Below the pieces are notes generated by a model that saw only the letters and a program-made list of their open reading frames with translations, searched no databases and was not told the origin of the DNA. A stretch of DNA of 14,501 nucleotides from an uncultured bacterium (GTDB lineage Bacteria; T1Sed10-126): positions 1 to 14,501 of the forward strand of contig CAZMIT010000040.1 in NCBI GenBank assembly GCA_964566495.1, in the 5' to 3' direction. Position numbers and translations under genes: made by a program. Positions within the stretch are counted from its first letter, which is position 1. Every line of letters starts with the position of its first letter. Shown here in pieces: positions 1-6,515 of the stretch.

Positions 1-47
1 TTTTGTTTAATACCCAACAAGAAGCCTATAAACGGCTGTCCTTCGGA

Positions 48-86
48 CGGATAATGCACGACAGGTATGCTGTCGTGCATTATCCG
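48..86. repeat. Perfect 17-bp inverted repeat with 5-nt spacer
   Basis: CGGATAATGCACGACAG (48-64), GTATG, CTGTCGTGCATTATCCG (70-86). The arms are exact reverse complements. No U-tract follows on either strand. Confidence 0.95.
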
Positions 87-127
87 GGTTAGTTATGATA
101 AATTTTTACCGCATTCGTGACGATAAT

Positions 128-225
128 TAAAAAAGATAACTACTCATCTATCCTCTCTCTCCTAAAGAAAGAGGGCCCGGGTAAGGGGAAGCTGGGAAAG
201 ATAAGGTGAGTAGTGACTAAAAAAG
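128..225. other. IR-bounded structured element (136-217) flanked by direct repeats; possible MITE relic or structured leader
   Basis: The core IR is ACTACTCATCT (139-149) / AGGTGAGTAGT (204-214). TAAAAAAG lies at 128-135 and 218-225. Internal hairpins are possible at about 152-174 and 176-196. The repeats are directly visible; the function is inferred. Confidence 0.45.
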
Positions 226-244
226 AATGAAAGGAGGGTTTAAA

Positions 245-418
245 TTGGCACCATCAAAAATTATCACGATAGAAGAGCTGGCAAAGATTATGGGCTGTCC
301 AAGCTACCGGGTCAGCAATTGGATTGAACAACAGCCGGAAGGTCTAATTGTAGAGAAGAACGGCAAAAAAGGACTTGACCCGGTAATGCTGGCGATGTTT
401 CTAAAACAACAGAGCTAA
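245..418 (+). CDS. Small helix-turn-helix protein, excisionase/MerR-like (HTH_17-type), 57 aa
   Basis: SD AAGGAGG (231-237) lies 7 nt before TTG at 245, so 245 is preferred over the ORF-track ATG at 227. IITIEELAKIMGCPSYRVSNWIEQ fits the 'lTveEvAe.LGvs..tv..wi' pattern of Xis-like HTH domains. Confidence 0.65.
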   Translation: MAPSKIITIEELAKIMGCPSYRVSNWIEQQPEGLIVEKNGKKGLDPVMLAMFLKQQS

Positions 419-422
419 CAGT

Positions 423-896
423 TCAGGCTACAGCTTCCAGTAAATTCCCCCGTAGGTCGAGGTCTCTGTCTGAACTGATATTTTCCAGCCCTTGAAAACC
501 ATTCGAAGTATATATTTGTCTTGACTCCCCTCCACCGTTAACCTGCAGCAGTGAATAATCAAAGTCACCAGAACCATCATCGGGCCGTGAAATCACCAGC
601 GCCGTCATACCTCCCTCTCCCCCGCCGTCTGCTGTAGTTTCGTTCATTGTACCTCCCATAACACGAACCGCCAGAACTTCTCGCCCTTCCATTGCCTGAC
701 TGCGACTTTGTTCGGCAAATATCTGTCTTTCCAAATCAGTCGGTTCAAACCCGCTGCCGCCCTGGCCGGTTTCGTCTTCAAAGGTCGACGGCTCCAGCTG
801 ACGCATCTCTCCCTCGTCGGGAAGTGCCAATGACTCGGAAATACTCGAAAAAACAGGCGGGGCCTGCCCTAAAGATGATATACTATTGACGTTCAT
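423..896 (-). CDS. Hypothetical acidic protein, 157 aa, putative sigma28-regulated flagellar-associated protein
   Basis: GGAGG (905-909) lies 8 nt before ATG at 896 (MNVNSISSLG...), so 896 is preferred over GTG at 911. The protein ends LRGNLLEAVA. A sigma28-type promoter is immediately upstream. No family recognised. Confidence 0.75.
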   Translation of the reverse strand: MNVNSISSLGQAPPVFSSISESLALPDEGEMRQLEPSTFEDETGQGGSGFEPTDLERQIFAEQSRSQAMEGREVLAVRVMGGTMNETTADGGGEGGMTALVISRPDDGSGDFDYSLLQVNGGGESRQIYTSNGFQGLENISSDRDLDLRGNLLEAVA

Positions 897-917
897 AGTT
901 GTTACCTCCACTATTTT

Positions 918-945
918 ATATCGGCTAAAAAGTGGTTAAAGTTCA
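918..945 (-). promoter_or_regulatory. Putative sigma28 (FliA/SigD) promoter
   Basis: The minus strand reads TGAACTTT-N12-GCCGATAT. The -10 octamer (918-925) matches the SigD consensus GCCGATAT exactly. The -35 matches the FliA extended element TAAAGTTT at 6/8. It sits just upstream of the SD of the 423-896 gene. Confidence 0.7.
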
Positions 946-989
946 ACCCTTAATTTGCGCGCCCCATTAATCATCGGAGGTGTAATGCA

Positions 990-1604
990 TTGTACATAGT
1001 TGCTTTCGTTGTATTCATACTGGCTGTTTTCGCCCTTTATATGACGCTAAGAAGTGAGCAAAAACAATACGATAAAATCGAGGATGTGATGGAAGGGGAG
1101 GAGCAATCAGAAGAGAGAGAGGAACGGGGATTACTCTGGAACGGAAACGTGGATGGGTATGAAGTACAGATAAGACGGGGTATGCGTCTGCGCGACTCGC
1201 ACAGACTAATTACCATCCTGGTCGGGCTTACAACACCCTATCATCTCAGGATTGACCCTAACAATCCCCTGCGGAAAATTTCTCGTTCCCTGAGTGAAAT
1301 ATTAACTGAGAGCCGCAGGATGCAGCAGGAAGGTCCCCTGAAAAATCTACTTGTTTACGCTGACGAGCCAGAGAGCGCTGTCGATCTTGTAGGACGTCTG
1401 AACAACCAGGAAGTCGTCGACATTCTACGGCGATTTCACCACGTCGAATTTAATCCGCTACACCTGAGCGCCTGGTTTTATCAACCCGACATAAGTCTGG
1501 AAGAGATAAAAGAAAGAACGGACAAATTGGTTGAATTATTGGAAAAAACAAGTGCCGACGAGCTGCTTGAGAAGGAGGAAATTCAGCTGCCGGAACGTCG
1601 CTAA
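990..1604 (+). CDS. Hypothetical membrane-anchored protein, 204 aa
   Basis: SD GGAGGTG (976-982) precedes TTG at 990. An N-terminal hydrophobic helix (YIVAFVVFILAVFALYM) is followed by a soluble domain. The ORF fills the gap up to the mutL stop. Confidence 0.75.
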   Translation: MYIVAFVVFILAVFALYMTLRSEQKQYDKIEDVMEGEEQSEEREERGLLWNGNVDGYEVQIRRGMRLRDSHRLITILVGLTTPYHLRIDPNNPLRKISRSLSEILTESRRMQQEGPLKNLLVYADEPESAVDLVGRLNNQEVVDILRRFHHVEFNPLHLSAWFYQPDISLEEIKERTDKLVELLEKTSADELLEKEEIQLPERR

Positions 1605-1605
1605 C

Positions 1606-3369
1606 TCAGCGCGGTTCCAAATCCGACAGGGGTCGACCCACCCACTTAGCCATCTCATCGTTTTCCACCTCATAGTAGAGTGGCCGGCCATGTGGACAGA
1701 GTTTTGGAAAATCCAGACTGTTCAACCCGTCAACCAGTTCCTCCTGTTCACGAGGCAGCAACCGCTCACCTCGTTTGACGGCATTTCGACAGGCCATTAT
1801 AGCCAGCATTTCCTTCTCTGGTCTACTCACATCGCCCTCGCGAACGGTTTCAATAAACTCTTCAATTATGGAGAAAACAGCTTTTTTATCCTCACTGCGC
1901 CGGCCCAGAAAACCAGGGACCGCCTGCACAATCATCGATCCACCACCAAAAGAATCTATTTCCAGGCCCAGCTCAGACAGTTCATCGCAGTTATTTTCCA
2001 GTATTTCCCGGTCAGCACGACTTACCTCAAGCTGAATCGGTACCGATAGATATTGAGCTGAATCCTCGGCATTTGCTCGTTCCAGGTATTGCTCGTAGAG
2101 AACTCGTTCGTGAGCGTTGTGCTGGTCCAGAAACATCAGTCCACTCTCTCTTTCAACCAGCAAGAAGAGGTTTCTAAACTGCCCTATCACCCGCGCTCGC
2201 TCATATTTATCAGCTGTTTCCTCTTGAAACAGTCCGCCCTGGGATGGTTCCGATTCGAATGTACCGTCAGCTTTGCCAATTTCTTCGCGCTGCCGTCTCC
2301 CAGTTTTAGCAGCAGGTCCGCTCCCCCCCGGGGCGGCTACAGTTGATTGAGCTTTATCCTGGTAGTGGCTTTTCAGCGCCTCGGTGACTGTCTTGTATAA
2401 AAATTTAAATACAGTTCTGCTATCATTAAATCTAACCTCTTCCTTCCGCGGGTGAACGTTGACGTCCAATTCCTGTCGCGGTAGATTTAAAAATAGGACA
2501 ACCACCGGATGTCGGTTTGTGAGCACCAGGTCGTCATAAGCCTGCGAAATAGCGCGGTATAAAACCGGTTCTCGGACCGGCCGGGAATTAACAAATAAAA
2601 ACTGGTGACGCCGCGAGTGATGCACAGCTTCCCCGTCAGAAATTAAACCGGTCAGTGCAAACCGCCCCTTATCCTGCCAGTCCGGTTCAATACGGTTAGC
2701 GGGCAAAAGATGACCGGCCGTCTCTTTGCCAAGCGTTGCCACAACTCGCTCTTTAAGTTCACCCGGGGGGACGTTCAGCAGTTCCCGGCCCTCTTCACTT
2801 AAAATAAAGTGCACTGCCGGATGGGCAAGTATCTTTTTTTGAACTTCCTGAAGTATATGTTTCTTCTCGGTGCTCGTCGTTGCCAGAAATTTCTTTCGAG
2901 CCGGCACAGTTTCAAATAAGTTTTCTACTGTCACGGTGGTTCCCTGTCGACGGGCGGCCGGTTTTACCTGCGGTTCCTCGCCCGGCAATTTAGTCAAAAG
3001 CGCCCCTGAATCAGCAGCAGCTTCACAAGTCAGTATTTCTAATCGCGCCACAGAGGCAATACTGGCCAGGGCCTCCCCTCGAAACCCCAACGTCTCGACC
3101 CGTTCCAGATCAGTTGCCGTTGAAATTTTACTGGTCGTATGTTTTTTAACAGCCAGACTTAATTCTCCCGTCGCTATTCCGACTCCATCGTCACTGACCT
3201 TAATTTTTCGAACACCGCCGCTAATAAAATCAACTTCAACTTTTTCAGCACCGGCGTCCAGAGAATTTTCAATCAGTTCCTTAACAACCGAGGCCGGTCG
3301 TTCCACCACCTCTCCGGCCGCTATTTGATTGGCAACCTCCGAATCCAGTTTCTGAATCGTCTCTGTCAT
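1606..3369 (-). CDS. mutL: DNA mismatch repair endonuclease MutL
   Basis: GHKL ATPase and N-terminal motifs IAAGEVVERPASVVKELIENSLDAGA, DDGVGI, HTTSKI, TLGFRGEALASI and DVNVHPRKEEVRF. C-terminal nuclease motifs DQHNAHERVLYE, ACRNAVK and CPHGRP. Confidence 0.98.
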   Translation of the reverse strand: MTETIQKLDSEVANQIAAGEVVERPASVVKELIENSLDAGAEKVEVDFISGGVRKIKVSDDGVGIATGELSLAVKKHTTSKISTATDLERVETLGFRGEALASIASVARLEILTCEAAADSGALLTKLPGEEPQVKPAARRQGTTVTVENLFETVPARKKFLATTSTEKKHILQEVQKKILAHPAVHFILSEEGRELLNVPPGELKERVVATLGKETAGHLLPANRIEPDWQDKGRFALTGLISDGEAVHHSRRHQFLFVNSRPVREPVLYRAISQAYDDLVLTNRHPVVVLFLNLPRQELDVNVHPRKEEVRFNDSRTVFKFLYKTVTEALKSHYQDKAQSTVAAPGGSGPAAKTGRRQREEIGKADGTFESEPSQGGLFQEETADKYERARVIGQFRNLFLLVERESGLMFLDQHNAHERVLYEQYLERANAEDSAQYLSVPIQLEVSRADREILENNCDELSELGLEIDSFGGGSMIVQAVPGFLGRRSEDKKAVFSIIEEFIETVREGDVSRPEKEMLAIMACRNAVKRGERLLPREQEELVDGLNSLDFPKLCPHGRPLYYEVENDEMAKWVGRPLSDLEPR

Positions 3370-3370
3370 T

Positions 3371-4264
3371 TTAATCCTTTTCCTTCGCCAGTGGGCGCGC
3401 CTTCTTCCAACGCCGATGCAACCAGAAATACTGTTCTGGATATTTCCTCACTTCTCGCTCCAGCCATTCGTTATACTGACGCAATAACTCTTCTTCGTTT
3501 TCCCGGTCCAGCCCGTCAAGAGAAGCAGGCAGGGGGGCGCTGAACCGTACCTTTATCGTTGACGTCTGCTCGCGAACCGCAACCACCGGCACAACCGGTG
3601 CCCCAGTTATTCGAGCCAGAGTTGCAGGAATTCTCGTATTTTTTACTCCATAGTCAAAAAAAGGTACCTCGGCCTGACGGACTCCCTTGCTCTGGTCAGC
3701 CACCAGACCGATTAATTTGCCCTGGCGAAGCAGTCGGGCCTGCTTTTTCAAGGCCCATTTACCGGTGACAGTTTCCACTCCAAGCTCACGCCGGCGGCGC
3801 TCAACCTCACCGTTCACATAAGGGTTGTGAAGCACGTCAGCATAAACGTGCATTGGCCCAAAACGCCGCACCAGCAGCGCTCCGGCCAGCTCCCAGTAAC
3901 CAAGATGGCCACTGATAAATATTATTCCCTGGCCCCGCTCTAACTGTTTTTCAACTATCTGCGCCGACTCAAACTCCACCGATTCCTTGCTCAACATCCT
4001 CTCGGCCTGCGACCATTCCAGAGCCATACGACAATAAAAACGGTAACAACTGTCGGCGAGAGCAGTTCTTTCCTCAGCGCTTTTGTCGGGAAAAGCACGC
4101 TCAAGATTGGACTCTACCACCTCACGACGCAGCTTTAAAACTCTTCCCAGCAGCCAGGCAACAGCGTCGCCAAACCGTCGAGCAGCAGCCAGCGGAAGCA
4201 GGCCGGCCAAAAATAATATTAATTTCAGGGGCAAGTATTCCAACAGGTAACGTATTCTTTTCAT
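3371..4264 (-). CDS. lpxL: Lipid A late acyltransferase, LpxL/HtrB (lauroyl/myristoyl) family
   Basis: N-terminal membrane helix, NLERAFPD, catalytic H-x4-E (GHLGYWE), LVADQ, VPFF and C-terminal YPEQYFWLHRRWK. It shares an ATGA overlap with the waaA stop. Acyl specificity cannot be determined from sequence. Confidence 0.9.
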   Translation of the reverse strand: MKRIRYLLEYLPLKLILFLAGLLPLAAARRFGDAVAWLLGRVLKLRREVVESNLERAFPDKSAEERTALADSCYRFYCRMALEWSQAERMLSKESVEFESAQIVEKQLERGQGIIFISGHLGYWELAGALLVRRFGPMHVYADVLHNPYVNGEVERRRRELGVETVTGKWALKKQARLLRQGKLIGLVADQSKGVRQAEVPFFDYGVKNTRIPATLARITGAPVVPVVAVREQTSTIKVRFSAPLPASLDGLDRENEEELLRQYNEWLEREVRKYPEQYFWLHRRWKKARPLAKEKD

Positions 4265-5484
4265 CGGTCTATAAGCTCCCTCAGTAACTGCCGGTAATCA
4301 GCTTCTATCTGCCGGGCCCGGGCTCGCAATTTTTTAACTCCAGTTTCAATTTTATCAGCAGATTGGGTTAGTGCTTGCGAGGCCAACTTTTGCCAGTCTC
4401 CATCTCCGGAAGCCCGGAACAAAAGACCCGCCTCCTCCAGCGCTGCCGCGGTAATCTCCACATTCTGTAAATACGGTCCGGTCAGAACCGGTTTCGTCCA
4501 CTGGACCGGTTCAAGCAGATTATGTCCCCCAACCTGTTCATCCCAGCTACCGCCGACAAAAGCTAAATCAGCGTAGCCGTAAATTCCGGCCAACACTCCC
4601 ATTTTATCAACCAGTACCACTTCACCGCCGTATGTTTTTTCTCCCGCACTCCAGCGACACCACTCAAGTCCGCTCTCATCCAGCAGCTCTTCCACCTTCT
4701 GCAGACGCTTCAAGTGACGTGGAGCCAGGTAAAGGTCCAGGTCAAACCGCCGGCTCAGGTTCAACGCTTTTTCTTCTTCACCGGGCCAGGTACTACCGGC
4801 AACAAGTGTTTTTCTGTTTGAACGGAAGCGAGGCCCGGGGGGTAACTCCGGGGGCTCTTCGATCAACGTCAACCATTTGAAAGAGCCGGTCGACGAAACA
4901 TCCAGTCCTGGTGCCAACTGTTTGAATCTATTGGCGTCCTCGCCGCTGCGCGCCATAATCCGCCGACAATGATCAAGAGTTTCTTTTAACAGTGGTTTGA
5001 TCGCCTTATATTTCCAAAAGTTCTTATTTTTAATCTTGCCGTTCATCAGGACAACTCGGCCGCTGTTATATCGATAAAAATTGGGCCAGAGTTCTGTTTC
5101 CATAATCAACAACCAGTTAGCAGCCGCACGACGGGAGGCCGCCCCGATAAGCCAGGGATAATCATGCGGTAAAATAAACCGACGCGGGTGGGTAATGTTT
5201 TTCAATCCTGTGGCTGTTTGAGCAGAAATTAATATTTCTTCCTCCTGCACCCCCAGCTTAAGCAGCCAGTCCCGGGTTCGTTTGACCAGAACCATTTCCC
5301 CAACCGAGGCACCGTGCAACCAAAACTCAACCGGTGGATCGAGAACTCCAGGATCAGCCAGCTTAAATTTTTGTTGTAGTCGTTTCAGAGGTCGCCGGCC
5401 TCTAAAACCAGCCAGTGTTAGCGTCGCCGCGACTGGCAATCCGAGATGAATCAAGATGTTGTAAAAAAACTCAGCCGGTTTCAT
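4261..5484 (-). CDS. waaA: 3-deoxy-D-manno-octulosonic acid (Kdo) transferase
   Basis: Motifs WLHGASVGE, ETELWPN, AGSTWPGEE, APRH, D-x-MG-x-L, ADLAFVGGS and GGHNLLEP. It shares an ATGA overlap with the lpxK stop. Confidence 0.95.
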   Translation of the reverse strand: MKPAEFFYNILIHLGLPVAATLTLAGFRGRRPLKRLQQKFKLADPGVLDPPVEFWLHGASVGEMVLVKRTRDWLLKLGVQEEEILISAQTATGLKNITHPRRFILPHDYPWLIGAASRRAAANWLLIMETELWPNFYRYNSGRVVLMNGKIKNKNFWKYKAIKPLLKETLDHCRRIMARSGEDANRFKQLAPGLDVSSTGSFKWLTLIEEPPELPPGPRFRSNRKTLVAGSTWPGEEEKALNLSRRFDLDLYLAPRHLKRLQKVEELLDESGLEWCRWSAGEKTYGGEVVLVDKMGVLAGIYGYADLAFVGGSWDEQVGGHNLLEPVQWTKPVLTGPYLQNVEITAAALEEAGLLFRASGDGDWQKLASQALTQSADKIETGVKKLRARARQIEADYRQLLRELIDR

Positions 5485-6515
5485 TTTTTGTTAGCCTCCA
5501 GAAGCCGATAGACTTGCTCCCAGAACTTCTCCCGCGGCTCAACTATCAGACTACTCTTCAAACAATTAACTCTACTGCGCAGCCTCTCAGGTAATTTAAC
5601 CAGCTCTTTTTCGGTCAAAACAAGTCGCTCGGGGTCCAGAGTTTCTTCAATAAAATCCGCTTCTATAGCCGCGTGGTCAGGCAAGGTATAACTGTTGCGA
5701 ACCCGGTAGCCCGCCTGCACCAAGAACTGTTCCAACTCATGCGGACGGGCCAGTGTGCTAAGAATATCAATCGGTCCCTCTTTCAGTTCCTCAGTCATGT
5801 CAGTGCCAGCCCGTTTCAAGGCCTCCAGCTCGTAATAGTGGTGAAACAGGGAAGCGTCAGTGAGACCTTCGAAATCCACCTCTACCGCTTCCCGGTTTTT
5901 GATCGAAACAATGTCAGCCCGCGCCAGGCTCTCCTTTGGTTCACGTAGGGGGCCAGCCGGCTGCAGTAACCCCTCTGCCTCAGTGAGCGAGCCCAGCAAC
6001 ACAATGTCAAGGTCACGTTCTAATGCGAGGTGCTGAAAACCATCGTCCAGAAGCAGCGGCTCCGCCTGCACTTCCGCAAGCAAACGCCTCCCCATAGCCC
6101 ACCTGTTTTTGCCCACCCCGATTGGGAGCTCCGGAAATTTTTCCCGAATTAGAGCCACTTCGTCGCCATACTTTTGCGCAACTGAATCGCCGCTACTTCC
6201 AGGCAGCAGTAGGTCTTCCTGCTTTCCTTCACCCCGTTTAAGAACAGCAGGATGGTAACCGTCCAGCAACAGCTGCTTAAGCATGTATTGGGCAAAAGAG
6301 GTTTTTCCAGTCCCCCCCAGACTAAGGTTGCCAATTGAGATTACAGTTGCTGGTAAAGAGCGTTGCCTACGAATTTTTCGACGTTGATCTAAGTAGAGCA
6401 AAAGCCTGTAAAGGGGGACAAATAAGCGCAGAAAGAGTTCTAACACTTTCCAGCCCAGGCCTTCCGGGCGGGAAAAATAAAGCCGCCTGAGCAAACTATG
6501 CAGTTTATTCTCCAC
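5481..6515 (-). CDS. lpxK: Tetraacyldisaccharide 4'-kinase
   Basis: P-loop VISIGNLSLGGTGKTS, plus GDE, LDDGFQHLALERDLDIV, PAGPLREP, PDH and TEK. The start is placed at GTG 6515 (VENKL..., 11-nt overlap with the upstream stop) rather than 6575; the exact start is uncertain. Confidence 0.93.
   Translation of the reverse strand: MENKLHSLLRRLYFSRPEGLGWKVLELFLRLFVPLYRLLLYLDQRRKIRRQRSLPATVISIGNLSLGGTGKTSFAQYMLKQLLLDGYHPAVLKRGEGKQEDLLLPGSSGDSVAQKYGDEVALIREKFPELPIGVGKNRWAMGRRLLAEVQAEPLLLDDGFQHLALERDLDIVLLGSLTEAEGLLQPAGPLREPKESLARADIVSIKNREAVEVDFEGLTDASLFHHYYELEALKRAGTDMTEELKEGPIDILSTLARPHELEQFLVQAGYRVRNSYTLPDHAAIEADFIEETLDPERLVLTEKELVKLPERLRSRVNCLKSSLIVEPREKFWEQVYRLLEANKK

Noticed and set aside
1..226. 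Retron msr/msd, CRISPR repeat, tRNA or attachment site as explanation for the hairpins
   Set aside because: No reverse transcriptase, cas or integrase gene is in the window, there is no repeat-spacer periodicity, and there are no tRNA T-loop or D-loop motifs. Context to the left is not visible.
692..889. 65-aa plus-strand ORF
   Set aside because: It is antisense to the 423-896 gene, which has the SD and promoter support.
1531..3768. Plus-strand ORFs antisense to mutL and lpxL (1531-2049, 1775-2035, 2089-2346, 2870-3328, 3325-3543, 3559-3768)
   Set aside because: Shadow ORFs opposite well-conserved genes, with no recognisable domains.
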